Shown one piece after another: positions 10,906 through 22,531 of a DNA stretch of 64,000 nt. Position numbers and translations under genes: made by a program. The notes under the pieces were generated by a model that saw only the letters and a program-made list of their open reading frames with translations, did no database searches and had not been told where the DNA came from. The stretch comes from Fimicolochytrium jonesii. Lineage: Eukaryota. Each line of letters starts with the position of its first letter. The stretch's first letter is position 1. The stretch spans positions 248,001 to 312,000 of the forward strand of contig NW_026515685.1 in the NCBI RefSeq assembly GCF_025526975.1. Direction: 5' to 3'.

Positions 10906-11529
10906 TCAGGGCAAAGGCTCCACAACATCCCCATACAGATTTGCCCTCGCAGTCGTCCACATCCCATCCTTCACCCACGTCTTTAACCTCCACACCCTCC
11001 GGTTCTCCCCTTCGTCTCCGTCCCCTGCATCCCCTCCCACATCCCCCGGCACGAAATACTCCCCGATCTTCACCCCACTACACCGCGTCGTATAGATCGT
11101 CCACCCACTGCCCTCCCCTCCCTCTCCAACCACCCCATTGGCATCGACAACCCCGGGCACCGACACCACAACGTCACTACACTCATCCAGTAGCACCGTC
11201 CCAGCAGCCCCGTTGCGCACGGTCACGCGGACGTCGTGGCAATGGATGACGTCGACAGTGGTAAGCACGCGTGCGAAATCGACGGCAGTACCGTTGGAGC
11301 AGCGTTCGAGGGTAATTTGGGTGGCCGTGTGGGTGGGGAGATCGAACGTGGTTGAAGTGCAGTGGGAGATGAAGTAGGGCGATGGTGGCGGTGGTTTTGC
11401 TGGCGTTGATTGTGAGGGAGGTTGTTGTTGTTCGGTGGACAGCGTGTTGAGGGATTCTGGTGTGATAGCTTGCCCGTCTAAGCCGTTGTAGACACGGCGC
11501 TGTGGCCGGGAGTTGAGCAGGGCGAACAT
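10906..11529 (-). CDS. Stand-alone C-CAP/cofactor C-like beta-helix protein
   Basis: Repeating ITLERC / VDVIHCHDVRV / TVLLDECSDVVV / IYTTRCSGVKI pattern resembles the CAP C-terminal domain. Confidence 0.6.
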   Translation of the reverse strand: MFALLNSRPQRRVYNGLDGQAITPESLNTLSTEQQQPPSQSTPAKPPPPSPYFISHCTSTTFDLPTHTATQITLERCSNGTAVDFARVLTTVDVIHCHDVRVTVRNGAAGTVLLDECSDVVVSVPGVVDANGVVGEGGEGSGWTIYTTRCSGVKIGEYFVPGDVGGDAGDGDEGENRRVWRLKTWVKDGMWTTARANLYGDVVEPLP

Positions 11530-12040
11530 TGTCCGTAGTCAGGGGTTATGCGGGCAGAGTTGGGACGACCTCCGGAGTTGGGAAGTACAGAATTCCTAGA
11601 ATGAGATGGTCGACCGCATGTCCGCCTGTTAGCTGCTTTGCATTCCGACCCACTTTCAGCGTCGCTCACGGCCCAAGTTCACTCAAACATCAAGCAAACA
11701 GGCCCAAGGCGACTTCCCAACTGTCGCCCAACTGGTAGATGTAGATATGTATACAGTACATTAGAATGGCCATAAATGGACAAGAAAACACCATTAAAAA
11801 CCAAGACAAAGGGAAGCTTTCTATGTGCATAATTGGGATGCCGGCGCACGAACTTCAAATGCGTACATGTTTCCCCTTTGAACGCGTTGTCACTTTATCT
11901 GTATCGCCCCCGTCTCTGTCTCCGGAGATATGTACAGGCCGAGATTGACGGAGGCCAGAGTCGAAAAAGTGGTTTCTCGCCTCGCCTGAAAGCCGGGTGC
12001 CATTCAGTACTGAGTTCACTCTTCCCGTCTTCGCGCAGTC

Positions 12041-14175
12041 TCACGTCTTCATCCCTTTACTCCCCATGCGCTCATCATGATATGCCCTCAGCGTAGCCCC
12101 ACTCCCAACACTCATAAACGGGTCTTCCGCGTCCGTTTCGACGTTCTCATACATCTCCAGCACGTAGTCGCCCGACGCGAGTGCGACGGCGTCGCAGCCG
12201 TCCGGGTAAATCATCCCGAAGCCGGAGAGCTTCTTCCACATCTGGAAGTGGAACATGACGGATTCGTAGTATCGGATGCGGACGGTGGGTGTGTCCTCGG
12301 TGGACGACGGTGGTAGTAATTGAGGATCATCTTCAGCCGCAGCCGTCGCAGCAAGCCCGACCGCATCATTAACACGCTCCTCAAAAATGCCCGTCCCAAA
12401 TGGCTTCCTGAACGGAAACCTCAATAGCCTCACCACCTCCTCATTCGGATTCCCCACAGGGGCAAACGGGTCCGCATGCACCTCAGTGGGATCAAAATCC
12501 GGGAACCGGGTATCGATCTCCACCTGCTCCACCCACATGCCCGCGTCCTCCCATGGGAAGCCTTTATGCGCGCAATACTGGTGGTTTCGGTCGACCCACG
12601 CCATGCAGGTGTCGGAGCCCGGGTGGGCGGCCTCGATTGGCTGGATGATGGAGACGTTGCGGGTGCGGGTCGGGAAGCGGTGGAAGGGAGAGGTGGGGTG
12701 GGTGTCTTTGACGTCGGTGTCGTGGAGTTGCTGGTCTTCCAAGGCGTCGCGGATGGAGCGCATACGGTCGCGGCAGAGGGCGCGGGTGGTGGAGTTGTTT
12801 TCCCGCATCTCGCAGCCCATGAGCACGCCGCGGTCAATACGTACCAGCTGGACGGACCAGTCGGCGGTTTGCATGGGGAGGACAGTGAGGCGGTGGCCGG
12901 AGTGGAGGACGGCGGTCGTCGTACAGCCTTCGTCGAGGGCGTGCCAGCCGGACTTGCGGAAGAATGAGATGGCGGTGTCCATTGACATGAACTCCGCGCA
13001 GATGCGCCAAGCGGAATCTACTTGCGGGTTGTTGTGGTGGTTGAAGGCGGTGAATTGCCCGCGCGTGTATATTGAGCCGAGATCGCCAAAGGAGAGCGTG
13101 TACACGTCTGTTTGGTCTTGAATCAAGGGGGCGTCTAGCAGGCCCGCCACGTCGCCCCAGAGGGTATCTAGATCACCCCACGCCCAGCTCTTGCAGCGTT
13201 CGGAATTGACCCACGGTGCGAACAGGTTGCCATAGAGCCCGCGCAAGTGAACTATGGATTGAGTCAAGATACAGAAAGTCAGTCAGGGCAGAAGCAACGA
13301 GAATGAGCCGCAAACGAATGCAAACCGCTTCACGGTCGGGGCCTCGGCGGCCAGTAAGACATACCCAAATTAGATCCCTTGCCATCATGCACCAGCCTGA
13401 TTGCCTCCTTAAGCTCCGCGCATTTCCACGACTCCCTTCTCTCTCCATACAACCGACACAAGCTGTCGCCCAAGAACCCATTCCACCCCATTGCCCGCCA
13501 CTCCGGCTCCACCTCTCCAATATCAATGGCGTGCACATTCTCCGGCCACGTCGGCTGGCCGCCATACAGATCTGCTATCGCGCGCAGGCCCATATGTGGT
13601 GCCAGAAAGAAATACATCTCCACCGTTGGTTCATCATCGTGGAGGTCGCTCCCGCTCTCGTGTGCATGCCCATTCTTTGTCTTTCCTCTCCCATGCTTCA
13701 GGTGTACCTGGGCACCAAAGGAGTCCAGCGCGGCTTTGATGTAATTGGGGAGGTTCCCGTTCTCCCACACGGTGACGAGACACGTCGTCGCAGGGGCCTT
13801 ACGTTTTGCCGTCGTTACTAGCGCGTGTTTACGATCTGTATCGGCCTTCTTGCCCCGCCCTGCGCGGCCGAGACCCGTCATACCAGGAAGCGCCGGCGTC
13901 GCGTTCCTCTTGAACCAGCTCGATGGTTGTGCCTGGGTTTCTTTACGTGCTTCGAGGGCATCCCATAATGCAAACCGATCTGACACGCCTGATACGGCCC
14001 ATGTTGTGTATGTGAAGTAGAGGGCGACGAGTAGGAGGGAGGAGGTGACAAAGAGACGGAAACCGTTAACGCCGCGGAGATGGCATGGAATGTGGCGGAA
14101 ATGAGCGAATCGCGCTGGGTTGAGAGCACGATAGCCTGCTGCCCGTCCGCTGGTGAAGAGGCGAAGGACCGTCAT
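12041..14175 (-). CDS. Type II membrane protein, DUF6625-like putative glycosyltransferase; 2 exons (14175-13365, 13251-12041)
   Basis: N-terminal TM helix; W-x4-LPNY, LRGLYGNLF, WAWGDLDTLWG (DxD-like) and RGQFT motifs. Intron 13364-13252 has GTATGT, a CTGAC branch point and CATAG, and joins the two ORFs in frame. Confidence 0.7.
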
Positions 14176-15871
14176 GGGAGAGCGGCGACGGTGGGTGGGT
14201 GATGTGGGTGTGTGAATAGGTGGTGGGTGGTGGCGATCAGTACGTACGATACTGGTGCGGACTGCAGGATACGTATATACAAGTGCGGGAAGAGGAGTCG
14301 CCCAGCCGCGGAGGGCTGAACGTTGACGTACGGTGGGAGACTGGACGGTGCTAGGGAATGGGTCAGTGATGAGACGTGCAGCGCAATGTGGGCTGCCAAG
14401 ATGAGCGAAGGGGATACAGGAGCCCAGCGTTAAAGACTGCGCACCTCACGCGTCACGAAAGAAAGCTCCTGTGTAATTTCGCGTGGCAGGAGTTCGAGAG
14501 AGGGAGAGAGAAGAGCAGCTCCCGGCCTGCAGGGTCAACGTTTCAACGTGCTGCCACTGCACATGCACTCTCTCCGTCTCTTTCCGCCGGGACACGGACT
14601 TCATGCACACGTTGATGCGCAGCCACCGGCGCTCGAAAGAAGTCTTTGCAGATCGCTCAACCGGCCGGGGCCAGCCTTAAGAGACGTTCGGACGCACCCA
14701 AGCTTGTTATCTATCGCTTCATGTGAATCGACGAGATTTCAACGAATATGCATGCCATGCATGGCATGTCGGTAACGGAGACCGGCGCCGCTGCTCCAGC
14801 GGCAAACCTTATCGATGGCGCGCCGCATTGCGCGGGATAGCCGATTAACCCCTGTCCCTCGTCTCAAAAATCACAGATTGGAGTTCAGAGTAGCATGAGC
14901 GAATTGGCTCATCTCGTTGGGAGAAGCAGGAGAGACTGAGGGGGATTGCGACCCTGGGATGGCCGGAACGAAGCTTGGATCTCTTGGGTTTAAAGGACGC
15001 GAGGGTGGGATCACGTGGCTCATAATTGAACAATTGGTTGGGGGGGTCTTTCAGTTCACTTTCAATTGCCACTTTGCGTACGTAACCTGTAGTTCCTTTC
15101 ACTTTCTTCATAGTTTCCCACGCCGTACATCAAGAACACCACTCCCTCCCGCCCCTATGTATTCTATACGTACTGCTGATGCAATTTGCGCCAATAAACT
15201 GCTATTCCATATCAACATCGTTGTCGTCGTCTGGGAGGGAGTGCCGGTAACCCAAAAGGTCTTGAAGCTGCGTCACTGGGAGGACGCGAAATGGGCGCCT
15301 TCGTCTCGTCTGAGAGTCGATGTGCCTCATACTTATAGCGCCAGGCCTTCGTGGGGTAGAATCTCTCGCACGGGATTGAAACGGAGCTTATTGTGAGTCT
15401 CGCCGTCTGGCGTACATGTACGGCATGTGCCCCCACCGAAGCGACCATAGTTTGGCCACATATTGTTCATGTGTGCCATGCGTACTGTATGTCCGACAGG
15501 TGTTTTGCGTCCTGTCGACTAGCATTTGCGAGAGTTACTGATGCTGGGCCTGGGCACAGGGTGGTGACGAACTAGGAATGTCCATTTCAACTCGTTACCC
15601 AGTGCGCCAGGCGTACATGAACACGACCGGTGTATGCTCAAGGGATTTGGGGACTTTTTGAACATCGCCAACTGCTATACAGTATTCCTGAGATGGATTA
15701 CCGGCCGCCTGCGACAAACTGGGAGGCTTTGGCTAACCGCTTAAGCATAAAATTGTAAATAACGCACTGTCGTTACAAGATGATATGTACATACGATGCA
15801 GCCTTTGAGAGAGGGTCTGCGGCATACGTGGAGGCTCACAAACTAAGCACGTATGCCGAGGTCCACACAGG

Positions 15872-17209
15872 CTATGCCTTACTGTATGCCGGGAGCTGGT
15901 CCGTGGAGCACTCTTCATAAGTTGCAGGAGGAGGCGGCCGAGCGGCCGCGGTCGTCGTTCGAAAAAGCTGGAACCGCCTCCATCCATGAATCGCCAGCGG
16001 AATCCATCCAACAACCAGCACGATCGGGATGCAGACCGTGAGCGCCGTCCGGCCTGCCGGCGTGATGTACCCAAGTTGCTCGACGGGAACGAGGACAGCC
16101 AGCGGGATGAGCAGGCCAAGCCATATTGCACTGGAAGCGGCGACAGGAATGCTAGGAGCGATCGACCGTGTAAGCCGCAGCTCCCATCGAAGCCATTTGA
16201 CGCGATCTATGGAAACGTCGATGACCCAGGCAGTGTTGATGAGGACGGCCAAGAACAGGGGGAGCGTGGCAGAGGCAAGTCCGATCCACGGCTTGACGGT
16301 GAAGTCGCGAGACAAGAGAATGACGGACGTGTCGTGCGTATCGTAGTACCCAACAAACGTCGAGTTTGGGAGATGGGCGTTGAAAAACACCTGAGCGGCA
16401 TTTAAATCCCGCTTGAAGTCCATGCTCAATTCCGCCGTGGTTTTCCGCCTCCATCGGTCGTTGAATTCAACATGCATCTCGACAGCGTAGCAGAGGTTGC
16501 ATTGCATGGTACACTGCTGGTGGGCGGTTTCCGAACAGCAGTAACAGTTGCATTCGTATGAACTGCATGATGTTGTGCATGATTGCGACGATCCGGTCCC
16601 CGAGCATGAGGTAGTGCAGCTCTGGCACGTCGAGCAGCAAGTCGCACAACAGTAATCGCCGTTGTCGCATGTTGCCGCGGGGCCGGAGAGTGGGCAGAGA
16701 GCAGCGTTTGTGCTGTTTGCGGTGCACTTTGTTGGGTCGAGGGCTTGCGCTGCGTTCTGCATAGCGTCGCAGCGAGTGCCGAAGAAGGAATTTGAGCAGG
16801 TGTCGTCGCAGCTGCGCTCGCAGCAGTAGCGAGAGGCAATGTCGATTTCGTCGACCGTCATGTTAGCAGCGTCAAAGCGGCTGCGGCGGATCTCCGGATA
16901 GTTTACGACAAAGAACGTCACTAAAAATATTACGAGCGCTGCAGCCGTCAATACCGACCGACAGAAGAGGGCTGCGGAACACATTGCTTGCGATGAGTGG
17001 TGCTTGCTTGTGTGTGTGAGAGTTGTGATCGGATAGTCGCTTGAGGGATCTGCTTGAGCGGGAGTGCTTGAAAAGTATAGTCTCCCTTTTATAACGCTGG
17101 ACATCAACATCGGCACCGAAGCCTCCGAATGATCCCACTTCTCAAAATCCAAATCGCCCAGGCTACTACTGCTGCTGCTTTCTTCGCAGAGAAAGCGCGA
17201 CTGCTCCAT
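15872..17209 (-). CDS. Multi-pass membrane protein with a Cys-rich extracellular loop, unknown function
   Basis: 445-aa ORF with a TM helix, a Cys-dense segment (CCATCCSTCQSC...CNCYCC), three further hydrophobic helices and C-terminal PPPATYEE / LPAY motifs. Confidence 0.8.
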   Translation of the reverse strand: MEQSRFLCEESSSSSSLGDLDFEKWDHSEASVPMLMSSVIKGRLYFSSTPAQADPSSDYPITTLTHTSKHHSSQAMCSAALFCRSVLTAAALVIFLVTFFVVNYPEIRRSRFDAANMTVDEIDIASRYCCERSCDDTCSNSFFGTRCDAMQNAAQALDPTKCTANSTNAALCPLSGPAATCDNGDYCCATCCSTCQSCTTSCSGTGSSQSCTTSCSSYECNCYCCSETAHQQCTMQCNLCYAVEMHVEFNDRWRRKTTAELSMDFKRDLNAAQVFFNAHLPNSTFVGYYDTHDTSVILLSRDFTVKPWIGLASATLPLFLAVLINTAWVIDVSIDRVKWLRWELRLTRSIAPSIPVAASSAIWLGLLIPLAVLVPVEQLGYITPAGRTALTVCIPIVLVVGWIPLAIHGWRRFQLFRTTTAAARPPPPATYEECSTDQLPAYSKA

Positions 17210-19579
17210 ATTTTAGCTTGCCCATGGTGCTAGAGCCAAGTCTCCAATGGCCGTTTCCATGCTGCTCACGGATCGCTAGTATTCTCCTGCCCGCTCACTT
17301 GGCGTTCATGGATTCAGTCAAGCCTCTGTCGCGCCTCGTCCCCGCTTGCTTACGTACAGCGCGTTTGCGAAAAGCCACTCCTTGACGCTTAACTCTCGAT
17401 CTCGCAAGCCACGTGCGAGCAGGCTGCTTTCTGTAAAAGGACAGCACAAGCGGCGACGGGAGCGCTTCACACCCTCAAATCTATAACATGTCTTTCAGAC
17501 AACGATAACCCAAAAAGCATGGACGGGCTCAACCTTCTTGTAGTACCCACGAATGAGCGTCGGCAAAGCTTGTACAAAGATTGTGGAAGTTAATGCAAAC
17601 CGGACAGATGATGACCATGCTTGTTGAAGAACATACCTGTAAGGACAGAATGCTTGACACTTCCAAACAAACCTTTCGAAATGTAAGTGCCTACATACAC
17701 CAGGATATATGGGTCTCGTTGCACACCATAGGCCCGTGCGACATACATGCACTGCGGGATGTGTTTGCCGTGTCAACCCATTCCGGATACGCTCGTCAGC
17801 CATCCCCAATTCAAAGGCTCGATCACGTAACGCATGAAGGCGGACAAGTCATGGGACGGTGGGATATTCGAAACTATAATACGACAGCCCACTTCTTATT
17901 CTATCATTGTATCCAGTCTCAGGACGGAGGATCTTGTCGCGGGGATTCTTGGATACACTCGAGGAAGAGCGTAGCGATAATGTGTTGTTCTGTACAGGAT
18001 TGGATCCTAGGCGGATCGGAAGCCTATACGGAGGCGGATGGGAATCTGGCATGAAGATCAGTACACCGGTGGACTTTTGGAAAGGATGTTATCCGATTTT
18101 GCCTTGGCAGGACGGAGGTCCGCAGTCTTTCTTATACTCCTTGCGAACACCATGCAATGCAATCTTGCGAGGTGAATTTGGACTCAGAACGGGCGAAAAC
18201 GCGTCGAGACTTGGAACGCGTTGATTACGTAGCCTGTCAATTGCGGAGTCACGCACCAAACCCGACAAGACCAACGCGAAGTCCGTCTTGCATTCAACCC
18301 GAATCTGGAAGCATTTTGAACGACACGAGTGCCCAGGATGGTACGGTCCTTGGGTGGACATCGATATGAGTATGAACAAGAAGCAGGCATGAGTGGTATA
18401 GCACACTTGGGGAGTCAAAACCATTCCGCAATGTCGTACGTCCAATAGGGGGCCAAAATCATTTTCGTTTGACCAAAGCCTTTGCCACCTGTTCTATGGC
18501 GGGGTTATCCAGACTTCTTCCTATTTACGACGGTCGACGCCGGAAGTAACAGAAGTACAGATGCAGCCTATGTACATAGAGACCATCCCTAACCGACATT
18601 TTGCATGTTGCTAGATATGGGTAAAAATCTTACGCCCATAGATTTACATCAACTCCAAATGACGCAGAGGAGGTGATGTAAAACAGCTTCGCTCTGATTT
18701 GCGTTCCTAATCTGTGTGCACTTCCCACACTCCAGGAACCCTGCGCTTCGCGCTCGAGGGATCTAAGAACCTTTCGACCCCCACTTTCCAATGGTGTCTC
18801 AATGTAGACGAGTCAGCTATGTGCTTCATCTTCGTTGTCGAGATCAAGATAGGTTTACACCTCACACTTTTTCAGAGAAGGTAGGATTTCCGTGAATCTA
18901 CGTACTGGCACATAAAATCTCTCCATGGAGTGATCCACGTTCTGTTCGACTGCTCTCTTCGAAAGACAGGTCTTGGCGATACTTGTCAACCAGCCGGGCC
19001 TCCGCTGTGGTCAGCGCAAACCGAAGTTCACGAAGACGTCTTTGGCGCAGCTATTCTTGACTTTCTCCCTCTGGGCAATGATATTGAAAGTAGGTCCCGT
19101 CCGTGAGGCGACATCGTGGTCTGCCAGAGAGACTTCGGTTGGTACCCTTTCGTAATATGTATCGCAATATCAGTCTTCAACTAAGCCGGAGGGGGGTTGG
19201 GTCCTTGAGCGAATGTCCCATTTCTGCTGACGGAAGGCGTGAGTGACGTCGTCATGTACAGTATGTAATTCTCAAGGAGACGCGGTCGCTCAGTCCCTCG
19301 GTCTGTCTGAGACTTCCTCCTTCGTGGGAACTTTTCTCAGGGAAGGCACAGTACATGTAGACCCGCAACGTCTGGACGGCCCCAAACGAACTGCCGCAAT
19401 CCTATCCTCCCCTCAACACCACTGCGCAGCTACATGCTAGGAACTGTTGGAAACATGACCGTCTCCACCATAAGCCATAGCGACGCAGGTATGGGCCAGA
19501 ACAGAACCGCGAACAGAATGCAAAACGTATTCGCCAGAAACTGACTACCGGCGTTCGTTTCCACCTCATAGGAGGCAAA

Positions 19580-21031
19580 ATGCGTATCTTCCTTACTCAA
19601 AGCGCCTACGGCCTCCATGCCTCGTCCGGCGGTTACCGCGCCAACCTCGCTTTCTGCCGTGCAATGGTCGCTGCTGGCCACACCGTTCTAATGCTCGCGC
19701 TCCCATATCGCAAGGACCTCAAGCTACTGAAAGACGTTGTTCACGTCGGCTCTCGACCATTTGGTACCTCCATCAGTACAGGGGACACCGCGGAACAGCA
19801 ACGAAAACAGCACCATATCGATGTGTTCAAATTCAATTACCTAGAATTGGAGGTCGTGGGCCTTGAAGCGGAGCAGTACGCTGACGTGTTTGATTCGAAG
19901 GAGACTGAGGACGTTGAGAGATACAGTACGTGGTTGGAGGGCGGAAATGACGACGATCATGGGGAAGCGAATAGCGGCGATGTGGATGACGAGAAGTGCA
20001 TTTACCAAGCCCGGCAAAAATTCGTGTACGAGCTCATTGAGGAGTTTCAGCCGACGCATCTTGTAATGAACGAACGCGGAAGTCTGAAAATCGCAATGGA
20101 CAAGCGCATGCCTCTGCCGCAGTGCGTGAGAGTCTTTGTCGCGCACGATGTAAACAACCTGCCGTTCGGACCCTACGCGGTTGCTGGTGAAACTAAGGCT
20201 CAGCATCAACGTCTCAAGGACGTTGATGCCCTCTGGGCCGTTAGCAAAGCCGTGCAGGCCTACTTTACGCACTTCGGCGGCATAACCCACGGCAAAGCCC
20301 TTCACAACCACCCCGTTATCTATGCCGATAACCCTGAGGACCTCACCTTCTACGACAACTTCGACAAGACCTACGTCACATTTATCAACCCCGGCCCGCT
20401 CAAAGGATTCCAGATCGCGCACTCGATCATCCGTCTAATGCCCGACATCGAGTTCCTGGTGGTCAAATCATGGTCAATGGTGGACCACGTCGTGGAGGAG
20501 TACGAAGCACTGCCAAACGCAACAGTCGTTCCCTCAACCAAACGTATCGACGATCTCTTCGCACAGACAAAACTCCTCGTCGTGCCCTCGGTCTGCTACG
20601 AAGCCTTCGGTCTCGTGGTCGTCGAGGCACTGCTACGTGGAATCCCCGTCGTCTCATCCGACGCTGGCGGGTTACCGGAAGCCCATCTCGGCGTACCATG
20701 GGTCGTGCCTGTCACTCCAATGTCGGGAGAGAAGGAAACGGATGTGGAGGTGATGAGCAGGCTGGGCGAGTGGAAGATCCCGTTCAATGACCCCGACCCC
20801 TGGCTGCATATCATACATGCGGCGCTGCATGATCACGAACTGTATGAACGCGTCCGCGTGCAGGGACGTGAGACTGCACTGGAGTATCTGCGCTCCCTTG
20901 ATACTGGAATTTATGAGCGGTGGCTTTTGGAGCTTGCACGGCGTAAGATTTATGGGCCAGGAGAGAATGGAAGTAAGGGACGGGTGAATGGGGTCGCGGA
21001 TGGAGAAGCTGCGGGTGCGGCGGGGCGTTGA
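19580..21031 (+). CDS. GT-B fold glycosyltransferase, family 4
   Basis: 483-aa intronless ORF with N-terminal MRIFLTQ...SGGYRAN, INPGPLKG, and EAFGLVVVEALLRGIPVVSSDAGGLPEA (EX7E motif). Confidence 0.92.
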   Translation: MRIFLTQSAYGLHASSGGYRANLAFCRAMVAAGHTVLMLALPYRKDLKLLKDVVHVGSRPFGTSISTGDTAEQQRKQHHIDVFKFNYLELEVVGLEAEQYADVFDSKETEDVERYSTWLEGGNDDDHGEANSGDVDDEKCIYQARQKFVYELIEEFQPTHLVMNERGSLKIAMDKRMPLPQCVRVFVAHDVNNLPFGPYAVAGETKAQHQRLKDVDALWAVSKAVQAYFTHFGGITHGKALHNHPVIYADNPEDLTFYDNFDKTYVTFINPGPLKGFQIAHSIIRLMPDIEFLVVKSWSMVDHVVEEYEALPNATVVPSTKRIDDLFAQTKLLVVPSVCYEAFGLVVVEALLRGIPVVSSDAGGLPEAHLGVPWVVPVTPMSGEKETDVEVMSRLGEWKIPFNDPDPWLHIIHAALHDHELYERVRVQGRETALEYLRSLDTGIYERWLLELARRKIYGPGENGSKGRVNGVADGEAAGAAGR

Positions 21032-21229
21032 ACGCAACAAGGGGGAAAGACATGAACCCAAGGCAATTGCGAAGCCTGTTCAGTGAGGCTGTGGAGAACC
21101 TTGTGCGTCAGCGTGATGGACTCATGTTTGGCCGAACGACCCGAGCCTTATGCCTCTCCGCTCAATGGCGAGGACCTCGAAATCCCGCAATCCGCTGCAG
21201 TCGGTTTTGCCATTGGGTATGTTGTATGC

Positions 21230-22360
21230 GGGTACCGTACGTTTGCTGCCCTCCCCACTGAAAGAATTCTGACCGAGATACATGTGCAATTTCTTGAAAA
21301 GTCTTGTATACATGCAAAATTGGGCAGTCCTATTATATAACATTTGCAATCCGATGAGTCTAGATGTCTGACTTACACTATGGAAATGAGTCGTCTATGT
21401 ACAATTGCGTACGCCGAAGAGGTCAGGAATGTCCATTCGGAGGATGTCGTTAGGCGGATGCAGGTCCGTGGAGGGTACATTGATAGACGATGAAAGCGCT
21501 AAAGCTCACCAACTGGGAATCCCGCTATTCAAAATATGTCAACCGCTGTTGTTTACGCCTCCAAATCGCGAGAGGTGAGACCATATTGTTGGCCCATTTC
21601 CCCTGCACTCACCCGGAAATCCCGTACGGTTTCCTTACAATATGCCCTTGCCTTCTCCTTATGAGCCCTACCATCCTCCTTGAAGCCGATGGAAGGTGCG
21701 TCCAACTGACTACAGAAATAGTCGCACCATCCTTGCGCTCTCCTTGAAGCCGGAGCACATCTTCGGAATTGACCATGTGAAGACGAAACGATGGCGTCCC
21801 CTGATTACTGACACACGCGTTGCTGCTCACGCGTCAAGGGTTCCCAAGCTCCGACGTTCCCGACTGCAAGGGAGCACCACCCTTACCGCGTGAAACGGTT
21901 CCCCGGAATAGCCATATTTGGCACCTCCGGTTGGACACGGGCTCTTTATCACGCCTCAGAGGATACGCTGAACTTCATGGCAACTTTTGAGGACCCCGCG
22001 CCATATCTAGGAACAAGCAGCGGCGTCTAGGCTTTTCAGGAGAAAGGGATCACGTATGGAAATCAACGCTTCCGAAAGCCACTGTTACCTGAAGAGGACG
22101 AGTCTCCGCAGGACTTGATCGATGATCGACGACTGGCCAACGAAGCGGACACGCCTGCATACCTCAAGATGATACTCTTTCGGAGCCCTAATGTTTTCGA
22201 TGAGTTCACCTTGTCGTCACGGTATAGAAGGCCATCGATGATAGAGATGCCGATCGAATTGGGGTGTCCTGGAATACGATTTGAGGGTCAAGTCTGTTGC
22301 AGCTTGACGGACTTTAGAAAGGAAGAAACCAAAGAAGAACCCGGGACTCACATAGAATAG
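21230..22360 (+). pseudogene. Possible decayed F-box-type gene
   Basis: FAALPTERILTEI...FL resembles an F-box start. It is followed by short, stop-interrupted, protein-like ORFs in changing frames. Confidence 0.25.
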
Positions 22361-22531
22361 AATAGAATGGAATAGACAGGATAGGATACAGATAGAACGT
22401 AGAAGTACTTTGCAATGAAAAGAGGCAAATCATCACGCGCTTCCTTCTATTGAGTTTCTCAATCGCCTTCTGCTTTCTCAAGTTTCGCGTCCGTGTCTCT
22501 ATAGAAACATGATCTTTCCCACGCACTCTAA

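Noticed and set aside
14751..14768. Perfect 18-bp palindrome CATGCCATGCATGGCATG
   Set aside because: Low-complexity CATG repeats with no supporting context.
15405..15497. Imperfect hairpin of about 23 bp
   Set aside because: Single copy, built from self-complementary GTAC/CATG words with a large loop; plausible by chance.
17495..19155. Several short overlapping ORFs
   Set aside because: No recognisable motifs or consistent exon structure; possibly decayed sequence.
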